DNA of 64,000 nucleotides from contig NC_043000.1 of the NCBI RefSeq assembly GCF_006345805.1, positions 87,916,001 through 87,980,000 on the forward strand, written 5' to 3'. The notes under the pieces are model-generated. The model was not told the origin of the DNA. It did no database searches and worked only from the letters and a program-made list of their open reading frames with translations. The number at the start of each line of letters is the position of its first letter. Within the stretch, counting starts at the first letter, position 1. This document shows positions 24,176 through 37,539 of this stretch, piece by piece. The translations under genes and the position numbers were made by a program. Source of the DNA: Octopus sinensis. Taxonomy: Eukaryota.

Positions 24176-26257
24176 TCTACTACATATGTGGAAAATCAGT
24201 GTGTGTTTGTTTGTGGGGTTGTTAGCTAACTCTTCCAACATTGTTTTATTGATTTTGATGAAACTTGACACGTGAGTAGAACTCATGTCTGGAAACCTTG
24301 TGACATAATTAGACTATTGAAAAAATCAATACTACGGCACTTGGAAGGGACCTTTATATCTACCTTATATAATTTTTTTTTTTTAACATGCAGGGAAATA
24401 ACTCATACTACCTACACAATTTTTTTTTAAATACTCAAGGGAAATAACCGCCATTTCATCGTTTATATTTGATTACTTTGAACCAACGATCAGCTAAATT
24501 CTGTATTTCACTACTCAGTTTTGAACTGCTAAACATTATTATTGAACTTCCTTAATTTGAATCTCTTCATTCATACATTTCTATATATATATACATACTT
24601 TTTTGAAAGCCATTACTCCGGTAATTCTGCATTTTTACAGTTACACTTTCTCCATGACTGTAGATAATTTTTTTTTTCACAACATATTTGTAGTGGCTTC
24701 ATGCATAGTGTGGATTCGATCCTTGATTGCCAAATTTCATTTAACTCTTCAACAGTGCTTTTCTCATGGTAAAACAAGTTTTTCTATGAATGACAGCAGT
24801 TATACATTTCCCAGATGCCTCCTATAAGCAGAATAATGTCTTTGCCACTTGACCCTTCTAACCTCTTCTAGGGGCGGGAATGGAGATAACAGACCTCCAA
24901 CGAAATCATTTGTTCTCAACAATATGTCTATCCTTCTGGCTGCTTTTTGATAGTAATAAAAACAAGAAGCCCGTTAGCTAAACGCAGTTACTGACAGTGA
25001 CCACCAGTAAGTGTGAATGTTATTATTGCACTTTATTCAAACACTTCCTTCATATATCTCTATACATATATACTATATTCCTATATTACCTTTAATAAAT
25101 TAGCCTTTATAAAGTTCACCTTTAAAATGCCACGATGAGTCAGAGTACGACTGGGTGCTTCTACTTCACAAGCTACTCTAATGTGACAATGGCGATCTGA
25201 AGTAAGTTCTTCATTCATTATGCTTCATATTTACAAAATAAAACAATTATTCTTTGTCTATTCTAATTCAATATCTTTACAGTTATATACATTTTGCTGT
25301 AATTAATTTACACATTGCATTAAAAGACATTTCTTCAACAACTCCAAATAACTAAATACTGCCAATGCATGCAGGGTTTTCAATTAAATTTCATCACACT
25401 ATGAATGCCCATAACTCCGACGCCCAACATACAAGTCAATTGATACTGTGCTCCATACCAATGATACTGTCCATTACCCTGTTGAATTCCTCAATAGCCT
25501 TGCACCTTCAGGTCTACCACTGTATAAATTGCATCTAAAGGCTGGAGCCCCAGTTATGCTTTTAAGAAACCTCAATCTTCCAAAATTATGCAATGGCACA
25601 AGACTTATTTTTTAAAAAATTGATGGGAAAGCAAGTGGTGAAGATGTCTTCATTCCAAAGATTCCTCTGATTCTTTCAGACACAAAAATTGATTTCAAAA
25701 GGCTAAAATTCCCATTGAGATTAAGCTTTGCAATGAGCAACAACAAAGCACAGGGTCAGACATTGGAAGCGGTAGGTCTTAATCTTGCAGAACCTGCTTT
25801 TTCTCACAGACAGCAAGTGGTGAAGATGTTTTCATTCCAAAGATTCCTCTGATTGATTCCTTCTGACACAAAAATTGATTTCAAAAGGTTATGTTGGATG
25901 CTCTAGAGATGGAAATCCAAAAAATTTATTCATCTATGCACCCAACGGCAAAACCAAAAACATTGTTTAATATGAAGCTCTGCAAGACTGAAATTTTGGA
26001 ACGAAGATGCCTCTCCCTCCACAACCTCCAACAACCTCTCTTGCCAACCTCCGACAAACTCTCTCGCCAGCCTCCGAAAACCTCTTTCACCAACCTCCAA
26101 CAATCTCTCCCTCCTCCAGCTGACAGTTTTTGTATGTTTACATGATGGAAAATGCACCTTTTGTGGCAGTTATAATGAAATTACTTTCTTATATCAGAGT
26201 AATAAGGCGTTTCAATAGAACATCTTTACCCCCGGGAATTACCAGGTACACCAGCTA

Positions 26258-26258
<1 letters not shown>
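24176..26258 (+). mobile_element. Internally deleted Helitron with PIF1-like helicase remnant
   Basis: A|TC 5' end; 3' GC-rich hairpin (CCCGGGAATTACCAGG) then CTAG|T; about 25425-25980 encodes [15 protein letters not shown]...[17 protein letters not shown]...FPLRLSFAMS.NKAQGQTL...YVGCSR with frameshifts. Confidence 0.88.
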
Positions 26259-26287
<29 letters not shown>

Positions 26288-26290
<3 letters not shown>

Positions 26291-26760
26291 AATTTTTTGT
26301 GTAATGAGATAAAAAACCAAGGCTGTGTAGATATTAGAGCATTTATAGATAGGTCCTACAGCTGTTCTTAGGATATTAATTAATAATATCCCGTCATCGG
26401 AGACAGTGTGAGAGGAAAAATTAAGTCATAGTTAGTTTCGATGTGATACAAATAGAGAGTGAGGTGGAGGAAAGAAAATAGATGTAAGATATGTATGGTT
26501 AATGAATTCATAAATCTGTTTTAAAATGTTTAATAAAATAAAGTAAATTAAAATAAGATACAATAAGGGAGAATAAAAATGGGGTAATAGGGAAATATCA
26601 GATATTTACAAGCAAGTTGTAAAAGGAAAAAAATAACAGTAATAATAATAGTGAGAGAGATGAAATAGAAAAAAAGACAGAAATATCAATATGTATGCAC
26701 ATCTATGTGTAGTAAACTATAACATCAAAATAAGAATAAAAATTAAAATCTAATAGATTT
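26288..26760 (-). mobile_element. Penelope-like terminal-repeat remnant with hammerhead-like motif
   Basis: 26404-26353 GTCT-CCGATGA-C-GGGATATTA...TAATATCCT-AAGAA-CAGCTG-TA-GGAC; left end repeated at about 6150-6210; extent approximate. Confidence 0.5.
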
Positions 26761-26903
26761 CTTTCCCTTTCCGTCTATCAAATCCACTCACAAGGCTTTG
26801 GTTGGCCCAAAGTTATAGCAGAAGACATTTGCCCAAGGTGCTATGCAGTGGGACTGAACCTGGAAGTATGTGGTTGAGAAGCAAGCTTCTTATCGCACAC
26901 CCA

Positions 26904-26951
<48 letters not shown>

Positions 26952-27839
26952 CATAATAATAAATAAATAAATGCACCCTTTTAAAGCCTAGCCAGGCTCA
27001 TGGGCCCAGTTTCCCTGTTTCTATGGCATATGTGTTCCCCAGGTGGATGGGACGCCAGTCCATCACAGCATTACTGATTTTTGCCAGCTGAGTGGACTGA
27101 AGCAATGTGAAATGAAGTGTTTTGCTCAAGAACACAACGTGCCGCCCGGTCCAGGAATCGAAACCACAATCTTATGATCATGGTGCTGACACCCTAACCA
27201 CTAAGCCACGCACCTCCACATATCATCATCATATATATATATATATATATCTCATTTAATGTAAAGAGTTTAAAGATATGAGCTCCTAATAGTTTCTTGC
27301 ATTGGAGACTTGTGTCTAGGCAGGTTTTCACAACATGCCTTATGTTTCCAAGCAACCTTGAGGCTCTGAGAGCATATGGTCTATTCAACTTGCAATTAAG
27401 GATGCTGGTACAAGAGAAATAATGAGGAAAAAATGAGAAGAAGGTAGATGCAAAAAGTGGACATTTTCTTTTCTTATGTCTTCTCTTTCTATTCACCTTT
27501 CCACTGTTGGTTGTAATGCTTGTGTGTATGAATGATGTGATGTGGCTGAAGTGAGAAAGAAACTGAATAACAAAGAATATCATGTTAGATGTCATGTTTA
27601 ACCCTCATGATACCAACCCAACCATCCAAGACTGTTCCAGCTTCTTTGATAAAAACTTTCTGTATAAATTGATCTAAATTAAAATTTCCCATTAGAATTT
27701 CATGTTGATTTATGTTCCAATTAGCAGCTTAATAAGGACTGAGATATTTTAGTAAATTCCTTATAATTTTCAAAATTAATTGAAAGAAAGAGGGTGTAGT
27801 TCAAGACAAATATGATAACAATAACCCTTTAGCATTTAA

Positions 27840-28824
27840 CCCTTTAGTTACTATATTTCTGACCAAAATACACCCCTTATGTGTTTCAATTAATTTCTAA
27901 CGTAATCATAAATTTAGTCTGGTTTCATTAAACTACTATAACTTTTTTATTTATCAATATATTAACGTGAATTTTGGAAGATAATTTAATGAAATGTTCT
28001 CAACCAATTCTTTACTATAATTTTTGTCACAAAGTGACTCTAATTGCAGATAGATACAGGTAAATTCCACAAAATATAAAATTATTAAAATTTTGTTCAA
28101 ACATCGCTATAGAAAATGGGTTATTAGCTAATATTCAATTGGGTATACAACAAAATTTTATGATAGAATTTGTTATTCTGGGTAACTTTCTGATACCCAT
28201 AATAATATTTATGGCAAAATAGTCTTAATTTCATTTAAGGTTATGGGAAACCACTTTCTTTCGTTTTGTTGACATTTAGCGTAACGGTTCGTTTCTGCCG
28301 TAATGATTTCAAATAGGCTCATTCGAAAAAGTAAAAAGAAATAGTCTAAGGCTTTACTCTTCTGGGAAAGTCTGTGGCTTGGTCCAGTTTCTTCAGAAAA
28401 ATCACCGAAAGAAACAGTTTTTAAATTTTCACTCCATTCAGGTGCCAATTCATTTTCTTTATCGCTGTCGGAGCTCTCGGACTCACTGTTTTCACTTTCG
28501 GAAAATGAAACATCAGATTCATTATCAAATACTACATGCTTTTTTTTTTCAGTCATAGAGTCAGAATTACAAATTTTGAAAACACAATAGGAACAAATTT
28601 CGGAAAAAAAATCTCCCAAAATTCACGGAATTAAAATTACACTTCGATTTTTGTACAAAACTGTAGTTGAACTCTTTACGAAGTATAATACGTGTTTTCA
28701 CGAATGTACTAAAGAGATTTGCTCTGATATTCTCATTTAAATATGAATAGGTAAATTTGGGCGGTTTTGAGCGGCTTGGTCACATTAACCAAAATTTTTT
28801 TCGGGCAGTTTGGTAACGAAAGGG
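27840..28824 (-). mobile_element. Deleted piggyBac transposon (N-terminal transposase remnant)
   Basis: TTAA TSDs at 27836-27839 and 28825-28828; TIRs CCCTTTAGTTACTA / TGGTAACGAAAGGG; ORF with acidic Ser-rich N-terminus and ALDYFFLLF...EIITAETNRYA...WFPITLNEIK. Confidence 0.9.
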
Positions 28825-29492
28825 TTAAACTAGCCATATCTGGCCCCAAACCTTTTTCTACCTGTTTTATATTCAAACAAGCCAGTTCTGGCCTCTTCCA
28901 CCTACCTAACATTGTCATTCAAAACTAAAGTAATCACACCATTGAAATCTCAATACTACAAGATAATGTATGTTTAATTCAAATTAATGTGGTTGAATAT
29001 GTATTATATTTGACAAAGTAATCTGAATGGTAAACAGTTAAGAGAGACAACTACATTGGTATAAACATGTGATGCCTGTGGTGTGTAACCGACAAATAAA
29101 GAAGTGTTAGGAGTTCCAAGCAGAAATACAATTGTAGAGAAAGATGATGGAAGATATGAGCAGAAGTGGTGAAAGCTGAAATCAGAATGGTGAAGAGGAC
29201 AAAGCAATGCAATAAACATCAAGACACTGAGTTACAGAGGTCTCGTCTGAACTATGCAAGCATATAAATAGCAGGCCTTTGACAGTGTACCATAACCTCT
29301 AGTCTGGTGTTTTAGACAACTTGGTGGCTTGAGGAGTATGTAAGCCATGTTTTAAGATGCTGTCAGCAAAGAGAGAGTCATCAAAAATGCAGTGAAGAAT
29401 TTACCATATAGACAGATAGAGAGCAGACATGAAAATGATGATAAAGGTAAGGTTGATTCTGGAGTTGGTGGAGAAAAACTGTCATCACTTAC

Positions 29493-29577
29493 CAATGTCT
29501 AGTACCACTGTGTTGTCAGCGTTAATTTCAAAAAGCATCAGGCTCAGTAAAATGATGTTCTGTCCTGTTGATAAAAC
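29493..29577 (-). CDS. FOCAD: Focadhesin exon 4 of 13
   Basis: tttttag|...|gtaag; VLSTGQNIILLSLMLFEINADNTVVLDI; 85 nt supplies the phase 0 to 1 change required by the next exon. Confidence 0.85.
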
Positions 29578-29632
29578 CTAAAAATAACAACAGAGGCTGA
29601 TAATTGAAACTATGTATCTCATGATGTTATAT

Positions 29633-29862
29633 ATTTCTTTATTGCCCACAAGGGGCTAAACATAGAGGGGACAAACAAGGACAGACAAAGAGATTAAGTT
29701 GATTACATCGACCCCAGTGCGAAACTGGTACTTTATTTATAGACCCCGAAATGATGAAAGGCAAAGTCGACCTCGGCAAAATTTGAACTTAGAACGTAAC
29801 GATAAACAAAATACCACTAAGCATTTGGCCCAGTGTGCAAACGTGTCTGCCAGCTCGCCACC
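29633..29862 (-). mobile_element. SINE family B
   Basis: TSD TATCTCATGATGTTATA; further copies at 31775-32010 and a cluster at 33125-34040. Confidence 0.85.
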
Positions 29863-31334
29863 TTATCTCATGATGTTATAATCATTCTATACATTACCTT
29901 GAATGAAGTAGTCTGATAAGATGGAAAACTGCAATATTGATGATGCTAGCGATGATGGTCGTAAGTGGGGTGGTAGTGAAGATACTGATGGAGATAATGA
30001 TAACAAACTAATGAAAGGGAAAATAATAAATGATGAAGATGATGGTGATGTGGTGCTCTTTTTCTTTTCTCTTCTATTTTTCCACTTGCAATGCATCCCA
30101 CCCTATTGTTTGCTTTAAGATCATAATGAGGAATATAAAAGATTTTTCTTTCATGTACTTTAATCAATAGAAACTGAAGATAATTGGTCATGTGTGGTTT
30201 GAGAAAAAATGCTTATTGAATGACAGTTTATTTTGCTTATATCTGAGAGAGAGAACAGTTTAGTTCACCCCCACCCGATATATATTGATACGTTTCTGAT
30301 ATACAAAATGTATATAAGGTATTTTCGATTCGAGGAAATTTACTGCGGCTAATTTCTTATGTTCATTATATTTCTTACTACCACCGTCTCTACCACAATC
30401 AACATCAACACCACCGCCACTGTTTAAGAGAAAATAGTCCAAGAGAAATAATTCAGCATTGAGTAATCTCCCTTTATAACATTTTCATTTTAATAGCTAA
30501 ATTACGAGAGGACAGATCTTTTATAAACTAAAGGGCAACATGTACCATCTTATCTTCTCGTATCGCTTGTTTGTAGAGGCAGCTGGTGACCCAAAGATGT
30601 AAATTATTTCAACATACACTCATGTAACATTTTGACTCCGCATACATTGCTAATATGCAATCATTACAGGATTAAAGTAATTCAAACGTTTTTTACTCAT
30701 AAATTCAAGGTTGTTTTATCTCACAAAGGATTATATTTTCCGAGTCAAGTGATAAACGGATATCCCAAACACTGTTTCGCATTATTTGGTCTGACGAAAG
30801 TCATTGATGTCACAAAATATTACCTTCTAACCTCAATAAGTCACCGAAGTTTTGGCTGGTCATTGAGAGGTCACCCATTGCCTTTTGTATACCCACTCCA
30901 AAACAGTGATAAAATAACATCAGTGGTTCATTTCCTAGTAGGCGCAGCTGTGACCGTGTGGTGAGGAAGTTTACTTCCCAGCCACATGGTTCTACTTTCA
31001 GCCTAGCAAGTGTCATTTACTATAACCCTGGTCAAACAAAGCATCAAGTTGGCTTGGTAGATGGAAACTATAAGAAGCCTGTTGTATACATGTATGTATT
31101 TATGTGCATGTGTCTTCGTGTTTGTATTTGACTCCCACTATGACATGACAACCAGAGTTGGTTTGTTTATGTCCCTGTAATTTAGCAGTTCAGCAATAGA
31201 GAATTATAGAATAAGTACTAAGCTTTAAAGTTCTGGGGCTAATTTGCTTGACTAAAACCCTTCAGGGTGGTGCCACAACTTGGCCACAGTCCAATGACTG
31301 AAACAAGTAAAAGGTAAAGGATAGAAGATATATT

Positions 31335-32930
31335 GACAGTACAGTAGTGTGGTAGATAGAGTGATCAAAGATGTGAAAGTAGGGAAAGCTGCTGGCCAAT
31401 CAAGGATAGTTGCAGAGATGCTCAAAATATCTGGTGAAGTAGGATGTTAGTTATTCAAAAAGTTAATCAAGTAACAGAGGGAAGTGTCATGCTCGATCAC
31501 TGGCATAGCAGTATCAGTGTAAACTGTGATATGGATAAAGGAGATGCAGCAGAGAGGAGGAAAGATAGAAGCTTAAAATTACTGGACCAGGCTAAGAAGG
31601 TCATGCAGAGGGCCACAGAACAATCAATCAGGAATTAAGTAAGCCTTGATGAAATGCAGGTAAGACAACTGCACGAGAAATAGTTAGCAAAAAGTAAACC
31701 AGTATACTTGGCCTTCGTTGACTTGGAGAAGGCTTTTGACAGCTGTCACACCCTGTAATCTGATAGAAACTAAGGTAGTGAGCAGGCAGAAACGTTAGCA
31801 TGCCGGGCAAAATGCTTAGAGGTATTTCATCTGCCACTACGTTCGGAGTTCAAATTCTGCCGAGGTCGACTTTGCCTTTCATCCTTTCGGGGTCGATTAA
31901 ATAAGTACCAGTTACACACTGGGGTCGATATAATTGACTTAATCCCCTTGTCTGACCTTGTTTGTCTCCTCTATGTTTAGCCCCTTGTGGGCAGTAAAGA
32001 AATAAGAAACTAAGGAAACTAGATGTAGATAAAAGGCACGAGAGAACTATATAAGATATGTACAAAGATACAGTAATTAAAGTGAGAATCAGCAATGAGT
32101 TTAATGGACAAGTTTAGTATGAAGTTAGAGGGTCACCAATGTTTAGTCCTCAGGCCTTTCTTATTCATCATAATCTTACAGGTCATCATAGAAAAGTTCA
32201 AGACTAGCTGCCAGTGGGGACTTTTATATCCTGATAACCTAGTTTTAACTGCTGAATCTCTAGAAAAATCAAATAACAAATTCAAAGTATGTAAGTGAAA
32301 TCTATAAATAAGTTTCTTACCTCAAGGTAAACTTAGCAAAAATGAAAGTTGAAATAAGAAGGAGCCTGATTGGCTCAAATGATGTAATCAATAGGTTCTA
32401 TTACGTAGGCAACATAAATAACAGAGGTGGTGATTGTTCAGAAAGTGTAATGACCAGGGTAAAAATAGGTTAGAAAAGATCAGGGAGACAGTATGTCTGT
32501 TAGAAACAAAGGTCTTACCCTCAGAGTTACAGGTGGATTGTGTGATGTATGAGAATTGTGACACTACATAGTAGTGAGACATGGGTCTTGAAGACGTGCA
32601 AAGGCTAGAAAGAAATGAAGCATGCTTTGATGTACAAGTAATGTTAGTGAGCATGCACGTCGAAGTACAACTGAATTCAGAGCAAAATTGTGTATAAGAG
32701 AAGTCAGGTGTAGTACATAAGAGAGGGAGCTGTGTTGTTAGGGGAATGTGATATGTATTTAAGATGATAACTTTCTAAGGAGGTGCAGAGCACTCCAAGT
32801 TAATGAAACCTGCAGAAAACGGAGACCAAGAAAAACTTGCTGAACATTGACCTGAAGATGCTTCATGTCACAGAAGAAATGACAAGATATTTGGTGATAT
32901 GTGGTACTTCTAAAGACCTGCCCACTTGCT
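31335..32930 (+). mobile_element. Old, decayed copy of the RTE family at 57758
   Basis: Colinear similarity to about 59050-60680 (gcagagatgctcaaaatatctggt, ttggagaaggcttttgacag); SINE inserted at about 31775-32010. Confidence 0.75.
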
Positions 32931-33059
32931 AAGGTGAAATGTACCTTTGACATGAGGATAATGTTTAAAAGTTAAGATACTTTGAACTCTACCAAGTATA
33001 AAATGTATATCTTGCAGCTTCTCCTTTATTTTACACTCTTTGAATCATTACATCAACCA

Positions 33060-33125
33060 CAATAATAATAATAATAATAATAATAGTAATAATAATAATA
33101 ATAATAATAATGATAATAATAATAA
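33060..33125. repeat. (AAT)n microsatellite
   Basis: About 21 units, directly visible. Confidence 0.95.
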
Positions 33126-34276
33126 CAATCCTTTCTACTATAGGAAAAAGGCCTGAAATTTTGGGCGAGGGGATAAATCAATTACATCAACACCAGTGCT
33201 TGACTGGTACTCATTTTATCGAAACCAAAAGGATGAAAGGCAAAGTCAATCTTGGTGGAATTTGCACTCAGAATATAAGGATGGATGAAATAGCACTAAG
33301 CAATTTACCCAGCATGCTAATCATTCTGCCAGCTTGCTGTGATTAAATAATGGTTTCAAATTTTGGCATTAGGCCAGCAATTTCGGTGGAGGGAGTCAGT
33401 TGATTACATCAACCACAATAATAATAATAATCCTTTCTACTAAAGGCACAAAGCCTGAAATTTCAGGGGAGGGAACTAATCGATTACATCGACTACAGTG
33501 TTTTACTGGTACTTATTTCATTAACCTCAAAAGGATGAAAGGCAAAGTTAACCTTGGCAAATTCTGAACTCATAACTTAAGTCTGGAAAAAATACCTATT
33601 TCTTTATTACCCACAAGGGGCTAAACATAGAGGGGACAAACAAGGACAGACATAGGTATTAAGTCGATAACATCGACCCCAGTGAGTAACTGGTACTTAA
33701 TTTATCGACCCCGAAAGGATGAAAGGTAAAGTCGACCTCGGCGGAATTTGAACTCACAACGTAACGGTAGACGAAATACTGCTAAGCATTTCGCCCGATG
33801 TGCTAACGTTTCTGCCAGCTCACCGCCTTTAGTCTGGAAAAAATACTACTAAGCATTTTGTTTGATGTACTAATTATTCTGCCAGCTAACCACTTTGATG
33901 AGAGCTTCAGATTTTAGCAAAAGGTTAGCAATTTTGGTGGGAAGAGGTTAGTCAATTCCATTGGCCCTTAGTTGACTGGTACTTTACTTTATTGACTCCA
34001 AAAGGATGAAAGGCAAAGTTCATCTCAGCAAGGTTTGATGATGATTTCTTATACAGACTGTAAACTGGAAATTTTTTGGAAGAAAGAAATGTAGTGAATG
34101 GAATTTAGAGAACAGAATGTAACTGGGATTTTTTTTACCAACCCTTGATGTGTTAACTGGTACAGCTGATCCCTCAATAAAATGTATGTTAATTCATTTT
34201 TGCTGGATACACATTTCATCATGTTACTAAGCTGTATGTTATTATATCTAAGGCTAGTTACCATCAACACACTTAC

Positions 34277-34480
34277 CTCAGGCCATTTATGAGCAATTTG
34301 AAGAATCTTGTGAGTAAGCATCATCACAGAGAGATCTCTCTGTAGACATAGATAGCACAATGCCATAGCATTTTGTACTAGAGGTCTTAACAATGAGGGA
34401 CATGTTGACTGTTGCAACATTATGAAAAGCAGTTGGCTCACAAACTGGACACCTTCACCAATGGACTTTGAAGAGTCTAA
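34277..34480 (-). CDS. FOCAD: Focadhesin exon 3 of 13
   Basis: tttttgtag|...|gtaag; LDSSKSIGEGVQFVSQLLFIMLQQ...LQIAHKWPE; 204 nt, phase 0/0. Confidence 0.88.
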
Positions 34481-35409
34481 CTACAAAAATAAAAGGAAAG
34501 AAAGAAAACAAATTAACTCTTTGGCACTCAGATTATTCTGACAAACATAATGCTTATTTATTCACATTGTTTTGAATTAATCATACATTATCTTGTAGCT
34601 TCAAGATTTTGATGATGTGGTTGTTTATTTTCAGAATGATATTGTAGAATAGGTGTGAGAGGCCAGATCTGGCTAGCATGAACATAAAACAGGTAGAATA
34701 TTTGGGCTAATTATGGCTGGTTTAAATACTGTATTTTTCAGCATACAAGTCAAATTTTTCAGACCCAAAATTATAGCTAAAAAACAAGGAGGTCAACTTA
34801 TAAAACAAGGCTGCTTTGGGTGACCAAAAATTCTATGCAAAATGCAGCAGGATTTGGAAAAATAGTGACAACATTTGAATAGTTACACTACATGTTCACA
34901 CTATATACTACTTCAACTTGTATGCTGGACATATGATAAACCAATCATTTACATATAATCAAAGGAGATTTCAATATATATATATTTTTTAAATCAAAAT
35001 CAATATGTATTTACATTTTGTTAAAAGTAACTCTATAATGCTGCTTGAAAAAATTAAAATATAAATCAACTATTTGCAGAGTTAAAATAAATTTCTATTG
35101 GAAAATTTCTAATGAAGTAGTAAAAAAAAAAACATAAAAATCACAGAAAGACAATTCAAACGATCATCAGTATCATTATCATCATCAATTTCATTCTGAC
35201 ATCTACTTTAGCATGTTTGCATGGGTCAGACATCTTGAAAAGGTATACTTTCTGTGTCACAGTTACTCATTCTTGTTGTCAAACTGCTTGTTTCTGAGCA
35301 AGGTATTTTTCCATGACCAGACTTGTTTCCATGGAAGTTTGTAAATGAATGACACTGCTTCCATGATGGTGACAATTTCTTTACAACTATCATACGATGT
35401 CAAGACCTG

Positions 35410-35750
35410 GAGATACAACCCTCGGAGACCTATTGAGTCAAGTACATCAACATCAAAATAAAAAGTCAAATGGAAATTGTAGTTGTGATACCTATGCCAG
35501 TGGCATGTAAAAAGCACCATCCGAACGTAGCTGATGCCAGCGCTGCCTTGACTAGCTTCCATGCTGGTGGCACATAAAAAGCACCCACTACATTCACAGA
35601 GTGGTTGGCATTAGGAAGGGCAGCCAGCTGTAGAAACACTGCCAGATCAGACAGGAGCCTGGTGCAGCCTCCTGACTTCCCAGACCCTGGTTGAACCATT
35701 CAACGCATGCTAGCATGGAAAATGGACGTTAAACGATGATGATGATGATG

Positions 35751-35752
<2 letters not shown>
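35410..35752 (+). mobile_element. RTE 3'-UTR-only copy
   Basis: Matches 60795-61176; other copies at 50518-50790 (-) and 62715-62982 (+). Confidence 0.8.
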
Positions 35753-35782
<30 letters not shown>

Positions 35783-36034
35783 CAATTAAGATTCAGTTGA
35801 AATGGGTACTTAAATTGAGGCACCTTGTTAGGTCTGAGTAATATGCATACTCAACAATATTAAGTGAATATCAAACTTGGTGCATAAGTGCCGGCGCATG
35901 ATATTCTTGCAGTGTATACAGATAACATCTAGCTGGGTGAAGAAAGCTGCTCTTAGCTATTCAGACATGTACTTTATATTAAAAATACTGTCTATAATAT
36001 TGATGAAGAGTAGATTCCAGGATAAGTGAATAAA

Positions 36035-36275
36035 ATATAAGTGTGTAACAAAGAGGTACAGGTGTCAATTCATTACAGCCGTTTCTAATGACTCTTTTAA
36101 TTGATTAATGAGAACATTACATCAATGAAAAGAAACCGTTTTCATCTGATGACTTCATGATCTTCAAACCCCTATTTTATTTTTTTTTAGAATTTTATTC
36201 CATTATTTCTCAAGAGTCATTAGAAACAGCAGTAATCAATTGACTCCTGTACCTCTTTGTTACTCATATTTATAT
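36035..36275 (+). mobile_element. Inverted-arm element with hammerhead-like motif (Penelope-like)
   Basis: About 60-bp inverted arms 36035-36096 and 36212-36275; TTCAT-CTGATGA at 36141 and GAAACAGCAGTA at 36223. Confidence 0.55.
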
Positions 36276-37539
36276 GTCATCACCATCTTCCTTTAATGGC
36301 TGTTTTCCATGCTGACATGGGTTGGACAGTTTGACCAGAGCTGGCAAACAGGAGGGTTGCATCAGGTTCCAGTCTGATTTGGTTTGGTTTCTATGGCCAG
36401 ATTCCCTTCCTAACCCCAACCACTTTACAGTGTGTGCTGGGTGCTTTTATGGAGTGCCAGCACAAGTGCTTTTTACATGGCACAGCACAGGGCTTTTGCA
36501 GACCAATCCTAACCCACTGACAAGGCTTTGGGCAGCCTAGGACTATAGTAGAAGACACTCAGCCAAAGGGTCACATTATGGAACTGAACCTAAACCCATG
36601 TGGTTAGGAACAGATTTTATTCAGTCTTCAAATTTATGCTCTATGGCTAATGTGTTGACACAAATCAACAATGTATGAAAGATCCTTTAGATCAAAGGCA
36701 TTCCAGCTGTAACCGTTGCATTTACAAACAGTGTATCTACCCCATTCGATGTGTCTTCTATCTTTTTAAGATAGTGGGGTTTGATTTGAGGAAGAAATGG
36801 TTACTATTTCCTGCAAGTTGTACAGCAGCTTCTTTGCTGCTTTATTTAACAATTTGTGTTGGAAGAAAATGTAGATATTGAGAAATGGCTACCTTTGGTG
36901 AACATAAAGAGAGAAATAAAGAAAAATCAAAAGTCCTTGAACTGAACATGTAGCAAAGAAACTTTTGATGTAGAAAAGTTATGCTAAGTTATAGCTTCGC
37001 TGAGGTTTAAACCATCTTGTATACATGAATATTGGTAGTTTCAGAATTACTGTAAGCACTACAACCACCACGAACACCACCACTACTCAAGTGAACACTG
37101 TATGAGGGGTCATACAATCAAAGGCATTCCAGTCATGGCCATCCCAATTATAATGTATCTTCTCTCTTTTTAAGGTGGTAGTGTCTGATCTGGGGGAGAT
37201 TTGACTGCTATGCACAGCAGCTTGCTAGAAAAAATACCAGCCAAATCTTAAAATGGTAATCCTATTCTCAGCTAAATATCTGAGAGTGATGGTTGGTGCT
37301 TTGAGATGCCAACAGGTCAAAAATGCCACAACCCTAATATTTGCCTATCTGATGAGCTTCTATATACTATTCACCTTCCCAATTTCATTTAAGGCTTGGG
37401 TCCTAGACTATTGTAAAACACAATTGCCTGAGCTGGAGCATAATGTGATCAAACCTTTCACCTCATGATTGCAGAGTAAACTTTCTTCACCATTTGCTCA
37501 TCTACATTTACATTAAGACCAGCAATACAATTAACCAAC

